The notes: generated by a model from the sequence alone, not told the origin. Positions 25,699-35,579 are shown, counted from the stretch's first letter. The stretch is 41,134 bases of DNA from a virus (IMGVR_UViG_3300046055_000089:1-41134), one strand, 5' to 3'. Program-made: numbers and translations.

Positions 25699-26331
25699 CT
25701 ACTGCCCTCCGTCCCGCTTCGCCTCGAGCTCGGAGACGATGTCGGCCTTCGACTGGTCGGCCTTCACGCCGTGCTCCTTCGCGAGCGTCTGCAGCTCGCG
25801 GTAGTCGTCGGGGAGCTCCTCGGGGATCCCGGCGTCGCCGGTCTCCTCCTCGGCCTCCTCGTCTTCGTCGACGTCCTCCTGGTCGTCGCCGGCGTCGTCC
25901 TGGATGTCGGCGTCGGCCTCCGTCTCGTCGGCGCTGTCGGAGTCGTCGCCGACGTCGGCGTCAGCCTCGTCCTCCTGGTCGGCGTCCGGCTCGACCTTCT
26001 CGAACTTGTCGGCGAAGGCGCCGGCCTCCTGGGCGGTCAGCTCGACGACGTCGCCTTCCTCGACGATGCGGGCCGTCCCGTCCTCGTCGGTGACGCGGTG
26101 GGTGCCGTGGAGGAGGCGGTACTCGCCGTCCTCCGGCTCCTCGACGCCGGGTTCGGAGCGGATCGGGACCCACTCGTCGCCCTCCTGCTCGACGGGGTCG
26201 AGCTTGTCGCCGAACGCGTCGAGCTCCTGGTCGGTCGCCTCGAAGACGTCGCCCGCCTCGAAGACGACTGGCGTGCCGTCGTCGCCGGTGCGACGATGGG
26301 TTCCACTCGTCAGTTTGACTTTTTCTCCCAT
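25699..26331 (-). CDS. Acidic protein with a duplicated small domain and C-terminal HeH/SAP-like motif
   Basis: Two GTHR..DGT....GDV.E.T.QE..AF.DK repeats; YRELQTLAKEHGVKADQSKADIVSEL. Confidence 0.7.
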   Translation of the reverse strand: MGEKVKLTSGTHRRTGDDGTPVVFEAGDVFEATDQELDAFGDKLDPVEQEGDEWVPIRSEPGVEEPEDGEYRLLHGTHRVTDEDGTARIVEEGDVVELTAQEAGAFADKFEKVEPDADQEDEADADVGDDSDSADETEADADIQDDAGDDQEDVDEDEEAEEETGDAGIPEELPDDYRELQTLAKEHGVKADQSKADIVSELEAKRDGGQ

Positions 26332-26343
26332 CTCTGGACCTCG

Positions 26344-27441
26344 TTAGATCCCGCTGAGGTGTGCGACCCCGCTGTTCCCGGCGGTGTCGGAGCGGAGCGC
26401 CGGCATGACGCTGCCGACGACCTTGAAGTGGCGCGTCCAGCCGCCGTTGGACTCCCACTGCACGGTCTGGATGTCCGCGGGCATCGGGAGCTGGACGTAG
26501 CGCTCGGTCGGCTTCACCAGGACGGCGTTGCCCTCGGCGAGGCGGTCGACCGGGAGGAACTCGACCTCGGGGACGTCGTCCTCGGTCTGCATCCGCTCGC
26601 GCAGGTGCTCGAGGACGCCCTTCTTGTCGTCGGTGCCGGAGTTCTTCGCGCGGGCCTCCTGGTAGTTCTGCCGCGCGATGAGCATCCGGTAGCCGGTGCG
26701 CCCGGGGAGCGCCTTTGCGTCCTCGAGCGATTCGATCGTCCGCATGACGTCGTCGATCATGTTGTCCGGGGTCGAGCCGTCCCAGGTCGCGTTCCCGGAG
26801 ACGGTCTGGCGGTCGACGAAGTCGGTGAAGCCGCTGACCGAGTCGCCCTGGACGGTAATCGAGTTGCCGCCGTAGAGGATGTCCTCGAGCTTCCGGGAGA
26901 CCGCGGCGGTCGCGGCGTCGACGCCCGCGGTGTCGAGGGGCTGGCCCCGGCGCCGCGAGGCGCGGAGCTTCCGCATGTTGATCTTGAACGACTTGTGGAC
27001 GATCGGGAGCGGGATGCCGTTGTTCGTGAACGACAGCGCGTCCTCGTCGTCGCCGGCCGTACCGGACATGTCGACCTCGGCGTCGCCGAAGTCGTCGACG
27101 TCCTCCCACTCGAACCGGAGGACACCGAGATCGAGCGGGACGTCCAGGCCTTCGTCGCGGAGCGTCTGGAGGCCGAGCGTGTTGTCGCGGGCGACCGCGG
27201 TCAGCGTGTCGTCGATGCGCTTCCACTCGTCCTCGCGCAGCTGGGCGTTGCCCTTGAAGTCCTTCAGGACGCGGGCCGCCTGCTTCGCCGCCTGCTTGTC
27301 GCCCCGCTGTACCGCCATCCGGTACTGCGAGTGGGCGACCAGCTTCTGGAACGCCTGCGGGTTGCCGTCCTCGAGTTCTTCCGCTGCCTGTACTTCTGCC
27401 GGACCGCTGTCGACGTTGATCGGGGAACCAGTAGCACTCAT
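26344..27441 (-). CDS. Major capsid protein, HK97 fold (encapsulin/linocin-like family)
   Basis: LREDEWKRIDD, IPLPIVHKSFKINMRKLRASRRRGQPLDT, LEDILYGG; head-operon position. Confidence 0.9.
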   Translation of the reverse strand: MSATGSPINVDSGPAEVQAAEELEDGNPQAFQKLVAHSQYRMAVQRGDKQAAKQAARVLKDFKGNAQLREDEWKRIDDTLTAVARDNTLGLQTLRDEGLDVPLDLGVLRFEWEDVDDFGDAEVDMSGTAGDDEDALSFTNNGIPLPIVHKSFKINMRKLRASRRRGQPLDTAGVDAATAAVSRKLEDILYGGNSITVQGDSVSGFTDFVDRQTVSGNATWDGSTPDNMIDDVMRTIESLEDAKALPGRTGYRMLIARQNYQEARAKNSGTDDKKGVLEHLRERMQTEDDVPEVEFLPVDRLAEGNAVLVKPTERYVQLPMPADIQTVQWESNGGWTRHFKVVGSVMPALRSDTAGNSGVAHLSGI

Positions 27442-27971
27442 GCGATTCTCACCACCTCAATCCGCGCCTGCTCTCCTGCCGCTGCGCCGCTGTTGTCGAC
27501 CGCTTCGAGCGGCTTGTACAGTGCGCCGGTGTCGTACACCGTCTCCGTCGCGGCGCCTGTCCCGTCGCCGACGGTGTCGGTACCGTCGTGGGCGGCGAGT
27601 GCGCCGCTCGCGACCTCCTCGAGGACGTCGGTCGTGTCGACGTTCGCCCGCGTACCGTCGCCGAGGTCGCCGCCGGCGGCGAGGAAGGCGTCGACCTTCC
27701 CGCCGATCGGGACGTGCTGGACGGTGACGCGCTCGCCGTTCGGGTAGGCGTCCGCCTTGTCGAGCGAGGGGTCGGATCGCGAGACGTCGGCGAAGAGGCC
27801 GTTGCCGACCGCCTCGGTGTTCAGCGACGGGTCCGCCGCGTGGCGGATGACGGCGCCGTTCGCGTCGACGTCCAGGGCGTGGCCGGGCTCGATGCTGGCC
27901 TCGCCGGCGTCGTACTCGTCCTCGACGAACGACGCGTAGTTGCCGTTGAGGACGACCGTGTTGTCTGCCAT
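27438..27971 (-). CDS. Capsid decoration/cement protein
   Basis: AGEASIEPGHAL...AYPNGERV...A.LAAG pattern; between protease and MCP genes. Confidence 0.7.
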   Translation of the reverse strand: MADNTVVLNGNYASFVEDEYDAGEASIEPGHALDVDANGAVIRHAADPSLNTEAVGNGLFADVSRSDPSLDKADAYPNGERVTVQHVPIGGKVDAFLAAGGDLGDGTRANVDTTDVLEEVASGALAAHDGTDTVGDGTGAATETVYDTGALYKPLEAVDNSGAAAGEQARIEVVRIA

Positions 27972-27973
27972 GT

Positions 27974-29365
27974 TCAGTCACCTCCCTCCGCGGTCGCCGC
28001 GTCCATCGCGTTGAACGCGCCGCCGACCTCGAAGTCCTCGAGGTCGTCATCGTCCGTGTTGGTGCCGGCGGCACGGCCGCCGTAGTTCGAGGTCGTCGAG
28101 ACCTGCGCGTTCTGCTTCTCCGCGAACCGTTCGAGCTTCTCGACGTCCTCGGCGATGCCGAGGTCCTCGAGATCCTCTTCCTCGAAGCGGGTCTGGGAGG
28201 TGATCGCCTCGACGAGCTCGTCGCGACGTCGCGACTGCTGCTCGTCGACGCGGTCCTCGAGGTCCTCCAGCTTCGAGAGGACGGCGTCGAGCTTGTCGTC
28301 GCCACCGTCGCCGGTGCCGTCGCCGTCGCCGCCGTTGTTCGAGGTGCCGGACTGGCCGCCGTCGCCGGACTGGCCGGAGCCGCCGCACCCGCAGTCGTCG
28401 ATTTCGAGCGATGCTTCGATCTTGTCTACCGTCTCGTCGTCCATCGCGTCCAGTTCCTCGACGCTGACCGTCGAGCGGTTCGCGAGGTGTTCGAGCCGGT
28501 CGTCGGGGTTGCTTCCCATGATCTGTTGGTTGGCTGCCTGCTGTTTCGACGCTCCACCAGGGAGGTCGTACGGTACGGTCGCAGTGTCGGTACTGTCGTC
28601 GACCTCGTCGTCGAGGCCGAGCGTGCGAAGGAATGCGTTGCCGACGCGCCGGGGGAACGACGCGGTCGACTGGTCGGCGTTCAGCGCGAACGCCGCCCCT
28701 GCTGGGGGGTCCCGGTTGCCGACCGCGTTCGCGATCGGCCCGTCGACGTCGACGGCGTTCGTCCGGGGCGCACCGCACCCGGACTGGGTCGTGTCGCCGT
28801 CCCAGTTGCACGCGCCTTCCGCGTTCGGGAGGACAGCGAGGTGGTCGGGCAGGAGTTCGACCTGGACCGCGTCGAACTCGTGGCCCTCGAACTCGCCGCT
28901 CTCCTGGACGACGCCGTGCCAGTAGCCAGTCGAGACCTCGAGCGGGTCGCCGTCGCGAAGCATTTCGACCGTCTGCTTCGCTTCGTCGCCGAGCTCGTCG
29001 CCGTTCTCGACCAGCCACTTCACCTGGACGAGATCAATCCAGACCTCGCCGTCGAGCTTCGCTCCGTCGTCGTTCGCTTCGACGTTCAGGAACCGCCCGA
29101 TCTGGTACTCTTCGAGTACTTCGGGCGCGCTCGCCGGGAGGAAGTTGCCGTCGCCGTCTTCAGGGTGGTTGACGGTGACGGGCGTGCCGTTCCAACCCGG
29201 TGCGGACTTCTGGATCTCCTGGAAGGGGAGGAAGCCGCCGTTCAGTACACCTTCCGACACCGCGACGACTGGCGCTACGAGATGTTTCCGTCCTCGCAGT
29301 TCTCGAACCTCGACCGCGTCGGGGTCGGGCTCGACCTGGATGGACAGGAGTCGGTAGTTCGACAT
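27974..29365 (-). CDS. Prohead protease/scaffold (DUF2213-like)
   Basis: Start MSNYRLL at 29365; WNGTPVTVNHP, EVSTGY, PDHLAVLPNAEGAC; acidic scaffold-like C-terminus. Confidence 0.85.
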   Translation of the reverse strand: MSNYRLLSIQVEPDPDAVEVRELRGRKHLVAPVVAVSEGVLNGGFLPFQEIQKSAPGWNGTPVTVNHPEDGDGNFLPASAPEVLEEYQIGRFLNVEANDDGAKLDGEVWIDLVQVKWLVENGDELGDEAKQTVEMLRDGDPLEVSTGYWHGVVQESGEFEGHEFDAVQVELLPDHLAVLPNAEGACNWDGDTTQSGCGAPRTNAVDVDGPIANAVGNRDPPAGAAFALNADQSTASFPRRVGNAFLRTLGLDDEVDDSTDTATVPYDLPGGASKQQAANQQIMGSNPDDRLEHLANRSTVSVEELDAMDDETVDKIEASLEIDDCGCGGSGQSGDGGQSGTSNNGGDGDGTGDGGDDKLDAVLSKLEDLEDRVDEQQSRRRDELVEAITSQTRFEEEDLEDLGIAEDVEKLERFAEKQNAQVSTTSNYGGRAAGTNTDDDDLEDFEVGGAFNAMDAATAEGGD

Positions 29366-29767
29366 AGTGGTCTCTGGAGTCAGCCGCCGGTCGTCGTGGC
29401 CGATACGGTCCCGCCTTCGCACCTCTCGAGCCTCGGCGGGGGAGACTCGGTCGACGGTGCCCGACACCGACCGCCGGTGCCGGAGATGTCCACGCCGGGA
29501 GTTGAACCCGGTCCTCGTCGACGATCGCGTCGACGGGCACCGCCTGCAGCTCGTGGACTCGGTCGCTCGCAGCGTCTCGAAGGCATCGGCGGGGAGTTTC
29601 ACCCCCGCTCGTTCGCCGTCGTCGCGACCAGCCCGCCGTTGCCCGGCGAGGTGGCGGCGACGTCGACGGCGAGCGATTCGTGGGGGCGGGAGAGAGGTCG
29701 ACTGGAACCCTCGCCATGGCGGACGCGTCGACGGACGTCCCGGGGTCATCGGGAGAAGGAGGCTGGG
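29366..29767 (-). ncRNA. ~400-nt structured intergenic RNA containing tRNA-like elements
   Basis: Largest gap in the late operon; several strong stems and T-loop-like motifs; no acidic ORF. Confidence 0.6.
29487..29558 (-). tRNA. tRNA-like cloverleaf lacking a canonical anticodon loop
   Basis: Acceptor GTCCACG/CGTGGAC+A, T arm CCGGG-TTCAACT-CCCGG, D-like AGCTGCAGGCGGTGC, anticodon arm replaced by CGTCGACG-CGAT-CGTCGACG; 72 nt. Confidence 0.7.
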
Positions 29768-30849
<1,082 letters not shown>

Positions 30850-30850
<1 letters not shown>

Positions 30851-31161
30851 CAGTCACCACCTCGGCCGAGATCGTCGTCCATCCAGGGGAGGACGGACGC
30901 GTACCGGCGCTCGAAGTCCGGCCACTTCAGGCCGCCCACGACCAGCGCCGGCGTCAGCAGCGCCCAGACCAGGAGCCAGTCGTCGTGACTCGCGACGGGG
31001 ATTCCGGGCCAGGCGATGGCGACCGCGTGGAGGAGGACGTTCGTGACGCCGAAGCCGATGACGACCGACCAGACCTTCTCGCGGGAGAACAGCCGGTCGA
31101 GGTAGTCGTCGCCGTCCTCGCCGGCGTCGGCGTCGTGGCCCTCGGTGGTGGCGTCCGTCAT
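30850..31161 (-). CDS. Small two-TM membrane protein
   Basis: Hydrophobic VWSVVIGFGVTNVLLHAVAIAW and WLLVWALLTPALVVGGL with charged termini. Confidence 0.7.
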
Positions 31162-31167
31162 GCTGAG

Positions 31168-32670
31168 TTACTCCTCAGTCTCGCTGCCGCCGTCGGCGAG
31201 GATCGCCTCGCCGTTCTCGAAGTGTTCGTCGAAGAAGTCCTCGACCTCGGGGTCGGTCTCGTCGACGTCGCCCAGGACGTCGTCGACGCCGACGTCGCCA
31301 TCCTCCTCCGGCGGCGGGGTGGCCGAGACCTCGTCGCCGCGGCCGGGTTCCCAGCCGAAGAGTTCGTGGCGGAGTTCGTCGACGGTCGCGAGCTGCGAGG
31401 TGTCGCCCTGGGGCGCCGCGTTCTTGACCGCCGAGGCGAGCCGCTGCTTCCGCTCGGCCTCCTCGAGCTCGGTCAGCGCGAAGTTGTCCGGCCACTCGAC
31501 GTCGTAGGTCTCGATCTGCGGGGAGTCGATGACGCCGTACTCGTCGAGCGTGTCGAGGAGCTCCCGGAGGATCTTCGGCTCGGCGAACTTCGCCCGGCGC
31601 TCGTCGATGAGCGCGACGAAGGCGGCCTCATCCTGCGTCGACGCGAGGTCGCCGCGCTCCGTGCCGAGGAGGCGGCGCTTCGGGATGCCGAGCGTCCCGG
31701 CCATCAGCTCGACGATGGCGTCCTTCAGGCCGGTCGGGTCGGGGGAGTCGCCGCCGAGCGACTCAACGTCGACGTTCTGCGTCCAGGCGACGTTCCGGAG
31801 GCCGTGGACGAGCTCCTCGATCTGGCTGACGATCTTGTCCTCGTCGGTGATTCGGCCCTCGCCGTCCTGGTTGGCGACGATCTTCCGGTCGGCGCTGCGC
31901 CAGTACATCTCGGCGCTGCCGCCGACGACCTTCAGCAGGTCAATCAGGTAGTTGAAGACGGGACGGAGCGCGGAGTAGCCGACCGCTTCGTCCTCGAGGG
32001 CGCCCTCGGCGATGTGGATGACGCGGGAGTGGTGGACCTCCTCGACGCCGATCGACTCGTCGCCGAAGTCCAGGTCGTACGTTTTCGGCTTCCCGAAGCG
32101 CTCGTTCTGGGTGTCGTCCTCGCGAGTGAAGTCGTCGATCTGCTTCTCCGAGAACGGCTGGTAGTACAGGATGTCCTCGGCGGGGTCGCCGGAGAGCGCC
32201 GACGTGTCGACCTCCTCGTCCAGGTCGCCGCCGTCGTCGAAGCCGATCAGCAGCACGCCGAACCGGCCGATGCGCTGGAGGGTGTCGGCGCGCTCGAGGT
32301 AATGGAGGGCGCCGGTATCGTCGAACAGCGTCGCGACGTCCTCCTCGAAGGCAGTGGTCTCGTCCTCGTCGTCGCCGTCGTGGTCGGTGACGTCGGGGAC
32401 GTCCGACCAGGTCGCCCCGGAGACGGACGTGATGATCCGCTCGGCGATGCCGCCGCGCTCGAACTGCGCCCAGTACTCGTCGATGCCGAGCTCGTGGCGC
32501 TCGGGGTAGCCGAGCGTCTCGAAGTAGTCGCGCTGGTCGATCGAGCCGTACGACTGGCCCATCGCCTGCGCGACCGCGACGCGCTCGACGAGCTGGGAGA
32601 CGGTCTGGGCGTCGAACTCGACGAGCCCGCCCTCCGAGTTGGCGGCGCCGTCGTCGGTCTCGTCGCTCAT
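31168..32670 (-). CDS. Portal protein (DUF1073-like)
   Basis: RGGIAERII, RADTLQRIGRFGVLLIG, RFGKPKTY, VHHSRVIH, GIPKRRLLG.ERG.LAST.D. Confidence 0.88.
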   Translation of the reverse strand: MSDETDDGAANSEGGLVEFDAQTVSQLVERVAVAQAMGQSYGSIDQRDYFETLGYPERHELGIDEYWAQFERGGIAERIITSVSGATWSDVPDVTDHDGDDEDETTAFEEDVATLFDDTGALHYLERADTLQRIGRFGVLLIGFDDGGDLDEEVDTSALSGDPAEDILYYQPFSEKQIDDFTREDDTQNERFGKPKTYDLDFGDESIGVEEVHHSRVIHIAEGALEDEAVGYSALRPVFNYLIDLLKVVGGSAEMYWRSADRKIVANQDGEGRITDEDKIVSQIEELVHGLRNVAWTQNVDVESLGGDSPDPTGLKDAIVELMAGTLGIPKRRLLGTERGDLASTQDEAAFVALIDERRAKFAEPKILRELLDTLDEYGVIDSPQIETYDVEWPDNFALTELEEAERKQRLASAVKNAAPQGDTSQLATVDELRHELFGWEPGRGDEVSATPPPEEDGDVGVDDVLGDVDETDPEVEDFFDEHFENGEAILADGGSETEE

Positions 32671-32972
32671 CAGCCGGACACCTCATTTCCGGTGACGCGC
32701 AGCTCGAGCTCGACGTCGACGCGATCGTCGACTGACCGGGGGATCGAGAAGCTCATCGAGTCATAGGATTCGAGCGAGTAACCCGCGTTCTCGACCGCGT
32801 CCTGGATCCGCTCGTTGACGTGGGCGACCGGGCGGACGTCGTCGACTAGGCCGTCGAGGAGGAGCTCGTAAACGACGCCGTGGAGCGTGACCGTCAGCGG
32901 GACGTCGACGTTCGGGTGGACGAGCGCGGGGTGCCCACCGAGCTCGACGCGGAAGTCCGGGTCGTCGGTCAC
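32670..32972 (-). CDS. Hypothetical protein
   Basis: Acidic ORF coupled to both neighbours. Confidence 0.55.
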   Translation of the reverse strand: MTDDPDFRVELGGHPALVHPNVDVPLTVTLHGVVYELLLDGLVDDVRPVAHVNERIQDAVENAGYSLESYDSMSFSIPRSVDDRVDVELELRVTGNEVSG

Positions 32973-33727
32973 GCCGTGTCACCTCGCTTCGATGCGCTCG
33001 CCGACGTCGGCGTCCAGGCGCCGGCAACCTGCTCGATGGCGTCCGCCTCGACGACGTCGACGCCGACCGTCTCGAGATGCTTGACCGCGAGGTCCGGGGA
33101 GGCCCGCCAGCCGATCGCCGTGTAGTGCGCGAACGCGAAGACGGGGTTGACCGGGTTGGCCTCGTCGTGGCAGTAGATGTGGGTCCGGACGCGGCCGTCG
33201 CCGAGGCGCTCGGTGTAGTTCATGATGTGCGTCTGGCGCGTCGAGGCGATCGTGTCGAGCGCGGAGACGAACCGGCCGATCGGACCGCCGACCGCGGGGA
33301 TCCTCGCGACCAGCAGCGCGACCGGGAACATCAGCCCGTGCGCTCGCGCCCAGCTACCGTCCTCCTTCCAGCCGAGGGAGTTGACGTGCATCGACGCCAG
33401 CGGCTGGCGGAGGTAGCCGGCGTCGCGGAGCTTCTCCTCGAAGACCTCCTCGCCCATCTCGACGTAGCCGGCGTACTCGCGGCGCGTCACCCGGGTCTCG
33501 GCGTACAGCCCGTAGCGCTGGCCGATCGTGTCGATGACCGGGAGCAGGCGTGCACGGATCGCCTCCCAGTAGTCGTCGTCGGCGCCGAGGTGGCGCTTCC
33601 CGAGGAACCCGTAGAGGATCCAGGAGGCGACCCACGCCACCACCGCGGCGGAGAGTTCGAGGTTGTCGCGGATCAGCGGGACGAGCGTGTCGACGACGTC
33701 GGCGGCGGTCGCCTCGAGGCCCGTCAT
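32969..33727 (-). CDS. Membrane-anchored protein with His-rich C-terminal domain
   Basis: TM segment LSAAVVAWVASWILYGFLG; DGSWAR...RQTH...HIYCHDEANP...AHY. Confidence 0.65.
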   Translation of the reverse strand: MTGLEATAADVVDTLVPLIRDNLELSAAVVAWVASWILYGFLGKRHLGADDDYWEAIRARLLPVIDTIGQRYGLYAETRVTRREYAGYVEMGEEVFEEKLRDAGYLRQPLASMHVNSLGWKEDGSWARAHGLMFPVALLVARIPAVGGPIGRFVSALDTIASTRQTHIMNYTERLGDGRVRTHIYCHDEANPVNPVFAFAHYTAIGWRASPDLAVKHLETVGVDVVEADAIEQVAGAWTPTSASASKRGDTA

Positions 33728-33957
33728 CGCGACACCCCCTGGGTCCGCCGGGAGGCCTCGGCGACGTCGCGACCGATCGAGAGCTCGAGGGACCGGCGGT
33801 CGAGTTCGTTCGCGAGCTCGCGCAGCGCGGCGGCCCGGGTCGGCCCGATCGCGTCGACCTCCCCAAGGCGGGCGCGCCAGAGCTGGACGTCCTCGCCCTG
33901 GCCCTCGACGTCCTCGACGGCGCCGGAGAGCGTCTCGAGTGCGACGCCGTCAGTCAT
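33724..33957 (-). CDS. Hypothetical protein
   Basis: 77-aa ORF with an ATGA overlap; AIGPTRAAALRELANEL. Confidence 0.55.
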   Translation of the reverse strand: MTDGVALETLSGAVEDVEGQGEDVQLWRARLGEVDAIGPTRAAALRELANELDRRSLELSIGRDVAEASRRTQGVSR

Positions 33958-34030
33958 GGCGGCCTCCGTCGACGGCGGGAGTGTTGGCGAGCGATGCGAC
34001 TCGACGGGTCGAGTTCGTGGTGGAGTTCAT
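33950..34030 (-). CDS. Possible 26-aa microprotein MNSTTNSTRRVASLANTPAVDGGRHD
   Basis: Fills the gap after TerL, overlaps the next start and ends in a DGG motif. Confidence 0.3.
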   Translation of the reverse strand: MNSTTNSTRRVASLANTPAVDGGRHD

Positions 34031-34039
34031 GGTGAGTGG

Positions 34040-35314
34040 TTACGCGGTGACGTCGCGGCCGGGCCCCCAGACGCCCGTGCCGGTCGTGCCGGCGGACTCG
34101 TGGGCGGCGAGGGCGAGCGCGTCGACGCAGTCGTCGTTCCAGCCCTCGGGGGCCTGGTAGCGGACGTTCCCCGACGGCGTGGTCTCGTACTCGTAGAGTT
34201 CGAGCTCGTTCGTCAGCTGGGGGATCTCCGGGATGGTGAGCTCGCCCATCTCGAGGCGGGTCGCCAGGTTGTCGATGAGGTCGCGCTTCGACGAAGGCGT
34301 GAACTTGACCGCGTCGATCGGGACGCCGTTGTCCTCGAGGTCGGTGACGATCTTGTTGTCACGCGACGCGTCGACGCGGACGACGCCCGGGTATCGCTCG
34401 GCGACCGCCTCGATGGTCGACTGGATGCGCGGCCAGGAGTCGTGCTGAAGGCGCTCGAAGTTGACCAGGACGCCGTCGCGATCGAGTGTGATCCCGACGG
34501 TCCAGTTCTGGTGGCGGGCGAAGTCCCAGCCGTGGATGTAGGGGCCGTTGCCGTTCCGCTGCTCCCAGTCGTAGTCCTCGACGTTGCGCTCGCGGATCCG
34601 GTTGAAGACGCCGCCGGAGTCGTCGAGGAAGAGCGCGAGGAACTCCTGTTTGAAGACGCGGTCAGGGATGTCGCGGGCGGCGTCGTCGATCTCGGAGTCG
34701 GGGACGAACGGGTTGACGTACGACGCCGCCTGCGAGCTCCAGTAGTCGGGCCACTCGTCGGAGTTGCCGCGGAGGTAGTACTCGTGGAACCAGTTCTTTC
34801 GCTTCGGCTTCGAGATGAAGACGGACTGGCCGAGCGTGTCCGAAAGCATCGGCCGGAGCGTCTGGTCCCAGACCCGCTTCGGCATCATCGCCGCCTCGTC
34901 GACGACGATGTGGTCGACGCCGGCGCCGTCGAGGCTGTCCGGGCGGTCGAAGCTGTAGTACTCGATGGTCGCCCCGTTCGTGAGGTTGATCTCGAACGGA
35001 TAGCTCTCTCGAGGCTGGCCGTCGAGCAGCGGCTTCGGGATGACGCTCTTCGCCTCGTTGAAGCCGTACTTCTTCGACTGGTTGACGGTCGGGCCGACCC
35101 ACCAGCAGAGCGGCGCATCGTCGGCGCCCCAGGGGGACTCGTTGGGGTTCAGCGCGTAGTCGACCTGGTCGGCGTTCGCGAAGATGTTCTTCCCCGTCCG
35201 ACGTCCCCAGACGCAGGTCCGGTAGCGGGCGTCGGACTCGAAGGCCTCGCGCTGGACCTCGTGGAGCTTCCACGAGAGCGTGAGGGTCTGGGTCTGCTTG
35301 CGGGTGGCGGCCAT
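34040..35314 (-). CDS. terL: Terminase large subunit
   Basis: LHEVQ, WGRRTGKN Walker A, VVDEAA Walker B, ISKP coupling motif, nuclease GWDFA and NDDCVDALALA. Confidence 0.95.
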   Translation of the reverse strand: MAATRKQTQTLTLSWKLHEVQREAFESDARYRTCVWGRRTGKNIFANADQVDYALNPNESPWGADDAPLCWWVGPTVNQSKKYGFNEAKSVIPKPLLDGQPRESYPFEINLTNGATIEYYSFDRPDSLDGAGVDHIVVDEAAMMPKRVWDQTLRPMLSDTLGQSVFISKPKRKNWFHEYYLRGNSDEWPDYWSSQAASYVNPFVPDSEIDDAARDIPDRVFKQEFLALFLDDSGGVFNRIRERNVEDYDWEQRNGNGPYIHGWDFARHQNWTVGITLDRDGVLVNFERLQHDSWPRIQSTIEAVAERYPGVVRVDASRDNKIVTDLEDNGVPIDAVKFTPSSKRDLIDNLATRLEMGELTIPEIPQLTNELELYEYETTPSGNVRYQAPEGWNDDCVDALALAAHESAGTTGTGVWGPGRDVTA

Positions 35315-35331
35315 CGTCGATCAGTGGGTGG

Positions 35332-35451
35332 TCAGTTCTGGCAGTCGGCGCAGCGGTACTCGTCGACGTCGGCGTCGTAGCTGACGCCGTCGGTGGCGCC
35401 GCACTGGCTACACGTCGCGGGTTGGGTCGTGAAAGAGCGGTTGCCTGGCAT
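35332..35451 (-). CDS. 39-aa Zn-ribbon microprotein
   Basis: MPGNRSFTTQPATCSQCGATDGVSYDADVDEYRCADCQN. Confidence 0.65.
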   Translation of the reverse strand: MPGNRSFTTQPATCSQCGATDGVSYDADVDEYRCADCQN

Positions 35452-35456
35452 AGTGG

Positions 35457-35579
35457 TCACCGTCGGCGGGTGCGTCGACGACGTCGGGCGGCGCCGCGCC
35501 GGCCGCAGGACTGGCACTCGTAGTTGTCGCGCTTGAAGACCTGCTCGCGGAGCCGCGACCAGTTGCTCGGGTAGCCCAT
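35457..35579 (-). pseudogene. Truncated HNH endonuclease (N-terminal part only)
   Basis: MGYPSNWSRLREQVFKRDNYECQSCGRRG matches the typical HNH N-terminus, then reads into an Arg-rich tail and stops; no HNH core. Confidence 0.7.

Noticed and set aside
26344-27441. Encapsulin nanocompartment
   Set aside because: Embedded in a complete head-morphogenesis operon with portal and terminase; it is the viral capsid protein.
29487-29558. Functional decoding tRNA or attachment-site tRNA fragment
   Set aside because: No 7-nt anticodon loop; both halves of the acceptor stem are present, and it lies mid head operon far from the integrase, so it is not an att remnant.
29366-29749. 127-aa N-terminal extension of the prohead protease ORF
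   Set aside because: Arg/Pro/Ser-rich and unlike the acidic proteome; recognisable protease sequence begins at ATG 29365, and the region is better explained as structured RNA.
31168-32670. Anti-CBASS Acb1 label sometimes given to DUF1073 proteins
   Set aside because: Size, motifs and position between terL and MuF identify a portal; no 2H phosphoesterase motifs seen.
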